Assembly: GCA_963792265.1 (NCBI GenBank)
Contig: CAWBVP010000018.1
Location: 16,841 to 80,840, forward strand
Direction: 5' to 3'
DNA: 64,000 nucleotides
DNA from: an uncultured Gemmatimonadales bacterium
GTDB taxonomy: Bacteria; Gemmatimonadota; Gemmatimonadetes; Gemmatimonadales; GWC2-71-9
Made by a program: the position numbers and the translations under genes. The number at the start of each line of letters is the position of its first letter. Within the stretch, counting starts at the first letter, position 1. This document shows positions 9,058 through 20,133 of the stretch, piece after piece. The notes under the pieces are model-generated. The model was not told where the DNA came from. It saw nothing but the letters and a program-made list of their open reading frames with translations, and did no database searches.

Positions 9058-9642
9058 ATGATGGGGATCCAGACACTGGCGGTCAACCGGGGCTCGGCCG
9101 GCGAGGAGCCTGGCGACCGCGAGCTGCTGCTCCGGGTGCAGGACGGCGATTCCGCAGCCTTCGACGTCCTGGTGCGCCGCTATCTCGGCCGCGCCAGGCT
9201 GGTGGCCGGGCGGCTGATGCAGGACCCGGATGACGCCGATGACCTGGTCCAGGACGCCTTTCTCCGGGCCCTCGACCGGATCGGCACCTTCGATGCGGGC
9301 CGAGCGTTCGGGCCCTGGTTCACCCGCCTGCTGGTCAACCTGGGGCTGGATCAGCGGCGGAAGCAGAAGGTCCGGCGCACCGAGCCGCACGATCCCGAAA
9401 CCTTAGCAGGAGGGGTGAGCCCGGAGCAGGAGATGGAGCGCGCCGAGCTCAAGGCTTCGCTCGGCAAGGCCCTGGAAGCGCTGCCCGACCGCCAGCGGCT
9501 GATCGTGACGTTGTTCGAGATCGACGGACATTCGACCGAGGAGGTAGCGAACATGCTTCAGGTGAGTCAGGTGACGATCCGGTGGCATTTGCACCAGGCG
9601 CGGCGAACCCTCCGAGAGACGTTGAAAGGATGGGCGGAATGA
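9058..9642 (+). CDS. ECF-type RNA polymerase sigma-70 factor
   Basis: Region 2 reads DADDLVQDAFLRAL ... FGPWFTRLLVN. Region 4 reads LPDRQRLIVTLFEIDGHSTEEVANMLQVSQVTIRWHLHQARRTL. Confidence 0.9.
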   Translation: MMGIQTLAVNRGSAGEEPGDRELLLRVQDGDSAAFDVLVRRYLGRARLVAGRLMQDPDDADDLVQDAFLRALDRIGTFDAGRAFGPWFTRLLVNLGLDQRRKQKVRRTEPHDPETLAGGVSPEQEMERAELKASLGKALEALPDRQRLIVTLFEIDGHSTEEVANMLQVSQVTIRWHLHQARRTLRETLKGWAE

Positions 9643-10052
9643 AGTGGCTGTTGGGTGAGCCGGACCGAGATCCGCAGCTCGCCGCCGCGCTGAGACGGGC
9701 CGATCCCGAGCCCGATCCCGCTCGGGGCGAGGAGCTGCGGCGCAGAATCATGGCTCGGGCCCGTCCCCGGCTGGCCGAGCTGCAGCTTCCGACCGGGCAC
9801 TGGTGGGATTGGCTCTCCGGGTGGGTGCGAATTGCGCTGCCGGTCGGTGTTGCCGCCTCCCTTGCCGCCGGCTTGCTCCTGCCCAATAACGTTGAGACCG
9901 ACAGCCTCGGCAGCACCACGGCAGAGGCGGGGGCCGACAGCACCTTGATCGCAGCAGCCTTCTCGGAGCCGTCCACTGGCGGCCAGGTGGCAGCGCACCT
10001 CATCGCACCGGAGAGCAACGACTGGCTGTTCGAGCAGGTATTGACCCAATGA
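9630..10052 (+). CDS. putative anti-sigma factor (single-pass membrane protein)
   Basis: Overlaps the sigma gene stop. One TM segment (WVRIALPVGVAASLAAGLLL). The call rests on position. Confidence 0.5.
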   Translation: MGGMKWLLGEPDRDPQLAAALRRADPEPDPARGEELRRRIMARARPRLAELQLPTGHWWDWLSGWVRIALPVGVAASLAAGLLLPNNVETDSLGSTTAEAGADSTLIAAAFSEPSTGGQVAAHLIAPESNDWLFEQVLTQ

Positions 10053-10534
10053 CGGCTCCCGCCTCGAGGAGACCGCCCCCGGGACCGCTCATGGCCGTGC
10101 TGGTGTTGCTTCTGGTGGCCATCGTCGGCGGCTTTGCTGGAGTGGCGCTGGACCGGTTGGTACTTCTGCCCCACATGTTCCATGGGGCCGGGTTCGGCCA
10201 CGGGCATGGACCGGGAGGCCCGCCCCGCGACCGGGAGTTCAGAGCCCGATTTGCCCGGGAGCTGGGTCTCTCACCGGAACAGCAGACCCGGATCGACTCC
10301 ATCATGGATCGCAGGGGACGCGAGCTGCGAGCGGTGCGGGGACAGGTTCAGCCCACGCTGGATTCGATCATTGCCCGCACTCGGCGCTCAATAGACTCGG
10401 TGCTCACCCCGGAGCAACGCACGAAGGCAGCGGAGATCCGGCGGAAGCATCCCCGTCCGCCCGGTCCCCCACCGGGCATGTTCGAGCCCGGCCCGCCGCC
10501 GGATGGGCCGCCGCCCGGCAAGCCGCCACGATAA
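10049..10534 (+). CDS. periplasmic LTXXQ-motif (Spy/CpxP-like) protein
   Basis: ATGA overlap with the previous gene. TM/signal anchor, LSPEQQTRID and LTPEQRTKAAEI motifs, and a Pro-rich tail. Confidence 0.6.
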   Translation: MTAPASRRPPPGPLMAVLVLLLVAIVGGFAGVALDRLVLLPHMFHGAGFGHGHGPGGPPRDREFRARFARELGLSPEQQTRIDSIMDRRGRELRAVRGQVQPTLDSIIARTRRSIDSVLTPEQRTKAAEIRRKHPRPPGPPPGMFEPGPPPDGPPPGKPPR

Positions 10535-10542
10535 TATATCAC

Positions 10543-10953
10543 CTACCGCACCGTCGGTTGACTTGCTCCTGAGGGCGAGAGGAAGACCAGCACGGCTTCG
10601 ACTGAGCCCACCTTGGTGTCTTCGGACCAGACCGCGACACTGCCGAAGTACAGGTGACGTTTGCGTTGCAGCGTGGCTTTCAGGACGAGACGGGAGGAGT
10701 CTGAGCTCACCGGATTGTGAAACTCGGCGCCGGTGCGGACCAACCGGGGACGTCCCCGCACTCCCTGGGCCCAGGCCCAGAGCGCAAAGAGCTGCCCGGC
10801 TCCTTCAATCATCAGGGTTCCGGGAAAGATCGGATCGCCGGGAAAGTGTTGGGGGTAGACCCAGTGATCCGGTCCCAGCTCGATCTCGCCCTCAATCGTA
10901 TCCTCCTCGACGGCCGTAACTCGCGCGATCTGACGCATCTGACCAACCGGCAA
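10543..10953 (-). CDS. FabA/FabZ-like hotdog-fold dehydratase
   Basis: HFPGDPIFPGTLMIEGAGQL is the active-site motif. TTG start as in the track. Confidence 0.7.
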   Translation of the reverse strand: MPVGQMRQIARVTAVEEDTIEGEIELGPDHWVYPQHFPGDPIFPGTLMIEGAGQLFALWAWAQGVRGRPRLVRTGAEFHNPVSSDSSRLVLKATLQRKRHLYFGSVAVWSEDTKVGSVEAVLVFLSPSGASQPTVR

Positions 10954-11348
10954 AAAGGTCTCGTCGAGATCGATCAGGCTGGTCGCTGTCGGGCAGCGGT
11001 GGAGGCTTCAGGCGTCATCCCCGGCTTACGCCCGTGAACCGGTCCGGCGGATCTCGATCGGCAGTGGATAGCTCACGCATAAATCCAAAATCAGAGTAGC
11101 GGCGTATATCCTCGGTATCGTCGCAGTCTACTCGATCATCCTCAAACACATATCTCGTCGCTATTTTAGGTGACCGGACTCACCGACGAGCCATGCCTGC
11201 AACCATTGTATTGCGGGCCGGTTCTCCGCAGATCGCCCACTCTCACGGCCGATCGCGGTAACTCCAAACTCCATTACCTGCGCGTTGAGTCCCAGGCACC
11301 AGCCGGTTCACCCGCCTCCCACTATCGGATGCCGGAGGTTCTGAGGTC

Positions 11349-12484
11349 ATGTCGTCACGAATCCTTACCGTCAGTGTCGCATTCCAGCTGGCTGCCTCGC
11401 CTGTTCTCCCGCTCAGCGCGGCCGGATGGAAACCGCGCAAGCGAACGGCGCTGCCGCCGATTCGAGCGCTCACCGCCGGTGCCGAGTACGGGCCGCGCCC
11501 GCCAAGCCCAACGAGCAGATGCAGGCGGTGCTGGACCAGCTCGCCGCCCTGCACCCAAGGCCGATTACGGCGCTCCCTGCGGCCGAGGCGCGGAAGCAGC
11601 CTAGCCCGGCGGATGCGGTGAAGGCGCTGCTCAAGAAGCAGGGCAAGAGCACCGCTCCGGAGCCGGTGGGCAGCGTGATGAACCGGACGATCCCCGGTGC
11701 TGGCGGACCGATCCCGGTCCGGATCTACACCCCGAAGGGCGCGGGCCCGTTCCCGGTGGTGGTCTACTACCACGGCGGCGGCTGGGTGATCGCCAATCTG
11801 GACACCTATGACGCGTCTCCTCGCGCGCTGGCCAACCTCGCCAACGCGGTCGTGGTCTCGGCGCACTACCGCCAGGGGCCGGAGCACAAGTTCCCGGCCG
11901 CCCATCAGGACGCGTTCGCGGCGTACAGTGGGTGCTGGCGAACGCCAAGGCGCTTGAAGGGCGACCCGTCCAGGGTGGCCGTGGTCGGCGAGAGCGCCGG
12001 CGGCAACCTGGCGGCCGCGGTCGGCCATGATGGCGCGCGACAGCGGCGTGCAGCTGCCGGTCTACCAGGTGCTGGTCTATCCCATCGCGGGCTCCGACGT
12101 CAACACGCGCATCCTATCAGGAGAACGCCGACGCCAAGCCGCTCAACAAGCCGATGATGGAGTGGTTCTTCGAGCAGCTACCTGCGCGCTCCGGCCGACG
12201 GCAAGAGCCCGCTGATCGATCTGGTCCACGCGGATCTCTCCGGACTCCCGCCGGCGACAGTGATCACCGCGCAGATCGACCCGCTTCGCTCCGAAGGCAA
12301 GGAGTTGGCGGACCGGCTGCAAGCAGGCCGGGGTCGAGGTGGACTACCAGAACTATGACGGGGTCACCCACGAGTTCTTCGGCATGGGTCGGTGGTCGAC
12401 GAGGCGAAGGAGGCAGAGCAGCAAGCAGCCGACGGCCTCAACAAGGGGTTCGGCAGCAGCACCACAACTACTTCGCAACGGTAG
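11349..12484 (+). pseudogene. alpha/beta hydrolase, hormone-sensitive-lipase family esterase, at least 5 frame changes
   Basis: VVVYYHGGGWVIANL (HGGG box) and VAVVGESAGGNLAAA (GxSxG). The downstream pieces MMARDSGVQLPVYQVLVYP, PMMEWFFEQ, VITAQIDPLRSEG and DYQNYDGVTHEFFGMG lie in different frames. Confidence 0.8.
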
Positions 12485-12602
12485 ACAAGAGCCGGGGCAG
12501 ATCCAGAACCGTGTTCTGGTTCGTACACCCATGGGGCCGCGGCACGAGGCTGCGGCCGAAACGAGTGCGATCACTTCAATGACGGATCAAGGAGTGGGGA
12601 CA

Positions 12603-13314
12603 ATGAGCACGAGGTTACCTGAGAAGGATGGCGAGCTCGGCTTTCTCGACGGGCTGGCCCGAACCACCAGCCGGCGGAAGTTCTTGCAGTGGTCCGGGCT
12701 GACCCTCGCCGTCGTCGCAGTCGGTTGCAGCGATAACACCAGCAACACTCCCGTACCTACGGGCGGTGCGGTCGATCTCGGTACCGGCGACACCGGGGTG
12801 CTGAACTACGCCTATGCGCTGGAGCAGCTCGAGGCGGCGTTCTATACCCAGGTGGTGGCCGGCGCCTATTACAGCGGCGCGCCGGTGGCGGAGCAGACGA
12901 TTCTGAGCGACATCAAGAACCACGAAGTCATCCACCGCGATTTCCTGAAGGCCGCGCTGGGCGCTTCAGCCATCGCCGATCTGCAGGTGGACTTCACCAG
13001 CGTCAACTTCGCCGATCGGGCCAGCGTGCTCGGCACGGCGAAGACCTTCGAGGACCTCGGCGTCGCGGCCTACAATGGGGCCGGCCAGCTCCTCGACTAC
13101 CCCCGCGAATCTGCTCACCGCCGGGAAGATCGTGTCGGTGGAGGCCCGCCATGCCGCCGCGATTCGGGACCTGCTGCAGCCGACTTCGTTCGCCGGCAGC
13201 GACGTGGTGGATGCCAACGGGTTGGACCAGGCCAAGACCCCGGCCGAGGTGCTCACCGCCGCCGATCCGTTCATCACCACCACCGTGACCGCCAACAATC
13301 TGCCGACCACCTGA
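12603..13314 (+). pseudogene. Tat-signal ferritin-like domain protein, frameshift near 13090
   Basis: AAGGAG lies upstream of the ATG at 12603. SRRKFLQWSGLTLAVVAV is a Tat-type signal. VLNYAYALEQLEAAFY ... SVEARHAAAIRDLL is the ferritin-like (Ferritin_2) pattern. Confidence 0.7.
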
Positions 13315-13325
13315 GGAGCCACATC

Positions 13326-14079
13326 ATGAAAGACCAAGACCATTCTCGGCTCCCTCGATGCCGAGCTCATGGATCGGGTCGTGTCCCGGCGCGATGCGGT
13401 GGCCGGAGCGGCAAGCTGGCCGGCGTTGCGGCACTCGCCTCCATGCCGGTGATGTTCGGCCTGATGGCCAAGCGCGCGTTTGCCCAGTCCAGCAGTCTGC
13501 CTCAGGGCATCATCGACGTGCTCAACTTCGCGCTCACGCTGGAGTATCTGGAAGACGAGTACTACCGCACCGGCCTGAGCTCGGGGATCATTCCGTCAAC
13601 CGACCAGCCGATCTTCGCCCAGATCAGCGCGCCACGAATCGGCCCACGTGGCCCTGCTCCAGGGCGCGCTCGGCGCCAGTGCCGTGGCCAAGCCGACCTT
13701 CGACTTCACCGCCGGCGGGACCTTCGATCCATTCGCCAACTACGCGACCTTCAAGACGCTGTCCAGGGCTTCGAGGACACCGGGGTCCGGGCGTACAAGG
13801 GACAGGCGGCCAATCTCATCACCGACGATGCCATCCTGACCACCGCGCTGCAGATCCACTCGGTCGAGGCCCGCCACGCCTCCGCGGTGCGGCGGCTCCG
13901 GGGTCAGAAGGGGTGGATCACCGGGAACCAGAGCGACGTGCCCCAGCTGGCGCCGGTCTATGCCGGCGAAGACGCGGTCAACGGAGCGGCCACCGACGAC
14001 GCGGGCAGCGGAGGCTTTCGACGAGCCGCTCACCAAGGAGCAGGTGCTGGCAATAGCGGGACTCTTCATCGTCGCTTAG
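13326..14079 (+). pseudogene. second ferritin-like domain protein, several frame changes
   Basis: VLNFALTLEYLEDEYY, FEDTGVRAYKGQAANL and IHSVEARHASAVRRLRG. The N-terminal Tat-like SRRDAVAGA and the C-terminal AFDEPLTKEQVLAIAGLFIVA are in other frames. Confidence 0.65.
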
Positions 14080-14102
14080 AGGTTCAGAGGCTCAGCGGTG
14101 CG

Positions 14103-14137
14103 AAAGCCCTCCGGGTTATCCGGGGGGCTTTGTCGTT
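14103..14137. terminator. hairpin between convergent genes
   Basis: AAAGCCCTCCGG-gttat-CCGGGGGGCTTT followed by GTCGTTT. Confidence 0.6.
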
Positions 14138-14164
14138 TGCCGTTCCAGGCTGGAAAGCCGACCC

Positions 14165-14617
14165 TCAAGCTCGGAAGCCCGGCGCCGTCGAGACCCGGGC
14201 GTACAACACCACGGCAACGAGGAGCAACATCAGCACGCCGGCTGCAATCCAGCCATTCCCCAGCGGCCGATGGATGCCATGGTGGATAAGCAGCACGCCG
14301 GCCAGGCCGGCAGCCACCAGCCACCCACTCCACCGGTCTGCCTGGAAGCGGCGAGCCACCGAAATGTGGGTTCCAGCGGTACCCGCGCGGGTCAGGAGAC
14401 GCTCCCGGATGGCGGCTGACCGGCGGGGATCCGGCTGTTGCTCTGGAGCTGCAAGCAAGAGAGAACCCGCGACATCCCGATAGTCCCGCAGCAAGCCGGC
14501 GCACTCGGAGCAAGTCCTGGCATGAGTCATCACCAGTTGCAGCTCGGCGGCGTCGAGTATCTCCAGGGCGGCCGCCGGGAGCATTTCCTGCATCTCGTCA
14601 TGGCTGAGCGGGCTCAC
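14165..14617 (-). CDS. anti-sigma factor (zf-HC2 type), membrane protein
   Basis: HARTCSECAGLL zinc-finger motif. C-terminal TM segments. 4-nt overlap with the upstream sigma gene. Confidence 0.75.
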   Translation of the reverse strand: MSPLSHDEMQEMLPAAALEILDAAELQLVMTHARTCSECAGLLRDYRDVAGSLLLAAPEQQPDPRRSAAIRERLLTRAGTAGTHISVARRFQADRWSGWLVAAGLAGVLLIHHGIHRPLGNGWIAAGVLMLLLVAVVLYARVSTAPGFRA

Positions 14618-15195
14618 CGATCATCCTCCCGCAGGGGTTTCAGGAGCTGGCGAAGCTTCTGCATCGCGAGCCGAATCCGGGTCTTCACGGTGCCGAGCGG
14701 CTCGGCCATGTGAGCGGCAATCTCGGAGTGGGACAGGCCACCGAAGAATGCCAGCTCCAGTGCCTGCCGTTGCTCCAGGGGAAGCGCGCCCAACGCCGCG
14801 GCTACGGTCAGCTGACGCTCCGCGGTTTCCGAACGGTCATCAGGGGCCTCCGGCTTCGCGGCCCCGGCAAGATCGAGAAAGGCGCTGGTAGTTGCGGGCG
14901 AGGCGGTCCAGTCCACCAGACGTCGCCTCGCCCGGAGTCGGTCCAGGGCCCGGCTGCGGGCGATCATGAGGAGCCAGGTCGAAGCCCCGCCCCGCCGCTC
15001 GTCATAGCGGCTCGCCGTCCGCCAGGCCTGCCAGAAGGTCTCCTCCACCACGTCCTCGGCCTCATCGCCATCCTTCAGGATCCAGAAGGCCAGGTTGTGG
15101 ACCCGCTGGGACCATTGGTCATAGAGCAGCGCCAGCGCCGCCTCGTCCCCGTCGGCCATTCGACGGAGGAGAACGCGAAAGGGGTCATCGTGCAC
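14614..15195 (-). CDS. ECF-type RNA polymerase sigma-70 factor
   Basis: DEAEDVVEETFWQAWRTASRYD ... ASTWLLMIARSRALDRLR ... LPLEQRQALELAFFGGLSHSEIAAHMAEPLGTVKTRIRLAMQKL. Confidence 0.9.
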   Translation of the reverse strand: MHDDPFRVLLRRMADGDEAALALLYDQWSQRVHNLAFWILKDGDEAEDVVEETFWQAWRTASRYDERRGGASTWLLMIARSRALDRLRARRRLVDWTASPATTSAFLDLAGAAKPEAPDDRSETAERQLTVAAALGALPLEQRQALELAFFGGLSHSEIAAHMAEPLGTVKTRIRLAMQKLRQLLKPLREDDR

Positions 15196-15312
15196 GCGTG
15201 CTTAGCCTGAGGTGGAGTGGCCAGTGGGGCAGGGCAAGGCCCGCCGTCGGTCATCCTGCATAGTTACGAATCCAACATCCGAATTGGATTGGTTTCGCCG
15301 CCGGGATAGAGG

Positions 15313-15429
15313 GCTATTGGCCTATGCTATCGGCATTCGCTATTGGCTATTCGCAAAACGTCGGTGGAGTCCCAGCTGAGTTGGCCGAGCACTGAGCGCG
15401 ACGTAGCGGATAGCCAATAGCGATTACCG
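15313..15429. repeat. inverted repeat element with GCTATTGGC-type short repeats
   Basis: The left arm 15313-15354 contains TCGCTATTGGCTAT. The right arm 15406-15429 contains its complement ATAGCCAATAGCGA. The spacer is approx 51 bp. Confidence 0.85.
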
Positions 15430-17754
15430 AGACGCCCGGACCGCCGGACGCGGGCCGGGAGGCAGATTCTGCTCCAGGTAGTGGGTAAGCAGCGAGAACA
15501 GGTGCAGGGTCGTCCCGTTCGCCCTCGCAGATGCAGTGGGACCGGTTGGGATAATCCATCAGGGTGAACGGCTTGTTGGCAGCCACCAGGGCATTCACCA
15601 GCCGCTCGGTGGCCTGGTAGTGCACGTTGTCGTCGCCCGAGCCGTGCACCACGAGCAGATTTCCCCGCAGCTTGTCGGCGTAGGTGATGGCCGATCCCAC
15701 CCGATAGTCTTCCACGTTGTCCTGCGGCAGTCCCATGTAGCGCTCTTGATAGATGGTGTCGTAGAGCCGGAGCTCCGCCATCGGCGCCACCGCCATGCCG
15801 GTCTGATACAGGTCGGGATAGCGGAACATCAGGTTCAGGGTCATGCTGCCGCCGCCGCTCCAGCCCCACACGCCCACCCGGGTCGAGTCCACCCAGGGCC
15901 ACCCGCGCATGGTGCGGGCCGCGCCCGCCTGATCGGCGGTGTTGAGCACGCCCAGCTTGCGGTAGATCGCCTTCCGAAAGGCGCGTCCCCGGGGGGCGGG
16001 TGTCCCCCGGTTGTCCACCGAGGCGACGACGTAGCCCTCCTGGGTGAGCATCAGGTGCCAGAGGTAGTCGCCGGTCCAGCGATCGAGCACGGTCTGCGCG
16101 GCCGGCTCACCGTAGGTCAGGAAGAAGAGCGGATACCGCCGGGTGGAGTCGAAGTCGGCCGGCTTCATCACCCAGCCGTCGAGCTGGAGGTTCGAGCCGG
16201 CAGCGACTCTGACGAATCCAACCGGGCCCCGGCGCAGCCGGGCGACAGTCGCCCTGAGCCGCTGATTTCGAACCAGGGTACGCACCACCTGGTGGGAGGG
16301 AAGCCGCACCAGATCGACCACCGGAGGGGTGCCGAGCGAGGAGTAGGTGTGCAGGGCCCAATGGCCGTCCTGGGAGATCTGGTACAGGTGATATCCCGGC
16401 TGATTCTTCGGCGTGACCCGCTCCGGCTGGCCCTTGCCGTCGAGCCGGCTGCGATAGAGGTAGAGCTGGGTCGCGTTCGTCGGTGACGCGGTGTAGTAGA
16501 TGATGCCAGCCGCCGAGTCGACGCCTACCACGACGGGCTCGCCGAAGGGGCTGAAGGGATTGTGGAGGTCGAAGGCGCCTTTGGTGACCAGCCGGGTGCT
16601 CTTCCCATCCCGGGAGATCACGTAGAGATGGCGCCAGCCGTCCCGCTCGCTGATCCAGGTGAAGCTCTTGCCCCCTTCGATGAAGCGGAGGTCGTCGCCG
16701 ACGTCGACCCAGGCGCTGTCGCGCTCGGTGAGCACGGTGCGCATCTTCCCGGTCTGCGCGTTGCCCAACATCACCTCGAGGGTGTTCTGCGCCCGATTGA
16801 GATGTTGCAGCACGACCTCGCCGGAGCTGGCCGCCCAGTCCATCCGGACGATGTAGTTGTTGCGGGGGTCGCCGGGAACCTGCAGCCATACCGTGGGGCC
16901 TCCGCTGGCGCTGACCACACCGGCGCGCGCGGCGGAGTTGGTGGTGCCCGCCTTGGGGTACTGCACTGGAACGGTGAAGGAGTAGAGCGAGTCGGTGTCG
17001 TCCATCAGCAGGAAATCGCGCACCCCGGAGGCGTCGAGCTGCCAATAGGCGATGTGTTGCCCGTCCGGGCTCCAGCGGAACCCGTCGCGCAGATTCAGCT
17101 CTTCTTCGTAGACCCAGTCGAAGGTGCCGTTGATGATGGTGCGGGAGCCGTCGTGAGTGAGCTGGGTGATTCGGCCATCGCCCAGGTTCTCGACGTAGAG
17201 ATTGTTCTCCCGCACGTACGCCACCCGGCCCCCGTCGGGGGAAAACTTGGCGAACATCAGGGTGGATGGTTTGGCTTGGGCGCCGCCGAGCTTGGTGAGC
17301 CGCCAGCTGGCGAGATCGAGGGCCCAGAAATCGCCCCGGGTGTTCTGCCGCCAGACCTTCTTGGAGTTGGTGAAGACGAGGAGCCGGCGCCCGTCGGGTG
17401 AGACGGTGTAGTCCTCGACCGAGAGCGCGGCGGTATCGCCCGGTGGAATCAACCGGGTGGCCGGCACCCACACGTCCCGCTTCCCGGAGGCGGCGTCATA
17501 GCGCACCAGCGACCGTCCGCCCGGCACGGTGCTGTCGGCCTCCAGCTTCACGTAGGCGGGGCGGTCCTCCAGCCAGCGCACCGGTCCCAGCCGCTCGGGG
17601 GTGAAGTCACTCGAGTTGAAGAGCCGGTCGAGCGTAACCAGCGAAGAATCGGCGGCCTGTTCGGGGTGGGCTCCTGCGCCGGCAGCGCGGCGCAAACCGA
17701 AAGACTCAGCGCGATGGTGGATGAGAGCAAGCGGACATTGAGCACAAACCTCAC
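15424..17754 (-). CDS. dipeptidyl-peptidase IV (S9B family), apparent frame changes at both ends
   Basis: DPP-IV N-terminal propeller plus the GVWGWSGGGSMTL serine motif. The signal peptide MRFVLNVRLLSSTIALSLSVCAALPAQ (start 17754) is in another frame. So is the family-typical C-terminus GTTLHLFSLLTHYLEQNL (stop about 15424). The uninterrupted ORF itself spans 15347..17785. Confidence 0.85.
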
Positions 17755-17902
17755 TAGTCAGTGCAAAATTTACCACAGAGGACATTGCTTTTCTCGGAGT
17801 CCTGTATTAGCTCTAGGTGAAATAAATACGCCCAACCGTCCGCGACTAGCGCCGCCCCGCCCCCCGCCGTACCCTTGCTATACCCATTCAATCAGTCCAT
17901 GA

Positions 17903-19523
17903 GTGACGACTCCGGACTCCCGACTGCTGACCTCCGGCTCATCGAGACCGAGACGGGGGGCAACCTGCCCCCCCTCTCCCCCGGCGGGCAGCGCCCGTTA
18001 CAGCCTGCCGGAAGACCTCCTGCGCGAAGCGTCCCGCCGGCTGGGAACCATCTGCCTGATCAGCGCCTGCGTCTGGTCGGCCAATCTCCTCCTGCTCAAC
18101 TTCGTCTACGCCGTGCCCGGCAACATCCCGGCCGAACGGGCGGCCTCCTACTTGAAGTGGGAGGCGCTCTACGACCTGGTCGTTGTCGCCAATGTCGTGG
18201 TCTCCCTGGGACTCTTCGGGTTTACCCGCCGGCGCAGGGTGGACCCCCGATTAGTGCTCAACATCGCTCTAGTGTATGAGGTGTTTACCGCCTTCTCGGT
18301 CGGTTTCCTGGATTACGCTGACCAGGGTCCTACCGAAGGGGTGTCATGGATCGCGGTCATCATCCTGCTCTTTGCGCCGATCATACCCGCTTCTCCCCGC
18401 AAGACGCTGGTCACCGCACTCTCGGCGGCCACGATGGGGCCCGCTCGGCGCCCTGATCTGGAAGGCGCTCGGCACGGAACCGGAGAGCCTCCGGCAGATC
18501 TTGCTGCTCTCGATCCCTAACTATCTCTGCGCCGCCATGGCGCCGGTGGTCTCCCACCTGATCACCCGACTCGGGCGCGAGGTCAGGCAGGCCCGGGAAA
18601 TGGGCAGTTACGTCCTGGGAAACCTCATTGCCAGAGGGGGAATGGGCGAGGTCTGGCAGGCGACCCACCGCTTCCTGGTCCGCCCGGCGGCCATCAAGCT
18701 GATCAAATCTGAGACCCTCGGCGCCGGTACGCCGGAGCAAGCCAAGGTGATGGTCCAGCGGTTCCGCCGCGAAGCCCGGGCGGCCGCCGCGCTGCGCTCG
18801 CCCCATACGATTCAGCTCTACGATTTCGGCGTGGCTGGCGACGGGACTTTCTACTACGTGATGGAGCTGCTCAATGGGATGGACCTGCAGAGCCTGGTCT
18901 CCCAGCACGGCCCAATGCCTCCCGCCCGTGCGATCCACATTTTGAAGCAGATCTGCGAGTCCCTGGGCGAGGCGCATACCCGCGGCCTGATTCACCGCGA
19001 CATCAAGCCGGCCAACATCCAGGTCTGCCGGATGGGGCGGGAGTGCGACTTCGTGAAGGTGCTCGATTTCGGCCTGGTCAAACGAGCCGGTCCGGCGGAG
19101 CCATCGGAGCCCGGGCTCACGTCGCCCAACATGCTGGCCGGCACGCCGGCCTACCTCTCACCCGAGACGGCCTCGGGCGAGCCGATCGATCATCGCAGCG
19201 ACATCTACTCGCTGGGGTGCGTCGCTTATTGGATGCTGACTGGCCGGCAGGTATTCGTGGCGGACGGACTGATGCAGATGATCGCCCGACACATCCAGGC
19301 CGTGCCGGAGCCGCCGTCCCGCCACAGTCCGTTCCCGGTTCCGGCCGAACTGGACGCGATCGTGCTCGACTGCCTGGCCAAGTTCGCTGCGCAGCGGCCG
19401 GCCAGTGCGTGGGAGCTGGCGGACAGGCTGGCGAAGTGTGAGCTGAACTCGCCCTGGACCCGGGAGGATGCGCAGGGCTGGTGGCAGAACCGGCTGGAAC
19501 CCGAGCCGGCCGTCGCGCTATAG
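17903..19523 (+). pseudogene. membrane-associated Ser/Thr protein kinase, frameshift near 18440
   Basis: N-terminal TM region, then GGMGEVWQATH...AIKLIK, HRDIKPANIQV, DFGLVK and GTPAYLSPE. An alternative ATG at 17899 lies in a different frame. Confidence 0.85.
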
Positions 19524-20133
19524 TAGCCGCTGCCGGGCGTCCACTTCAGCAATCCGTCGAGCCCCCTCGGCCCAATCCACCGCCGGCGCCACCTCCTGAT
19601 CCGCCAGGGCAAGAGAGGCCCGGGCCCGCTCCACCACGACCGCACCATCGGGCAGTGCCAGCCCGAACTCCAGCTCGGCCTTGCCGGCAGAGCCGCTCCT
19701 CCCGGGGCCTCAGCTCCAGGGACAGCGGGCCGCACATGCTGGCTACTCGAGCGTGGGTGGCCTCATGCACGATCGACGCTGAGATCTCGGCGAGGGTGTG
19801 CCGGGGATTCACCGTGAAGGTGAGCTCCACCAGACATTCTCTGCTGTCGTGGAAGAACGCGCCGCGGCAGGGAAACCGGCGCACAATGATTCCGGCAAAG
19901 TCCTGCTGCAGGCGGCGAAACCGGTGGGGCGCATAGCGGGCGATGAGATCGAGCGCCTGGGTCAGACGCTCGATCACATCGGCGGTATCGATGTCGTGTC
20001 GGGTATTGAAAATCCGGACCGGCAGCCCCCGGATCTGGCGCCGCTCGGCGAGCAGCGATTCGGTCCAGGAGCGCAGCCGGTCGCTCAGGTTACGGCGTGT
20101 GCCCATGCTGGGGGTCGTCGGCCGGATTGACAT
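19518..20133 (-). pseudogene. hypothetical protein with HExxH motif, frameshift near 19690
   Basis: IVHEATHARV motif. A plausible C-terminus AELEFGLALPDGAVVVERARASLALADQEV... appears in the +1 frame. That frame ends at 19518, overlapping the kinase stop. Confidence 0.45.
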
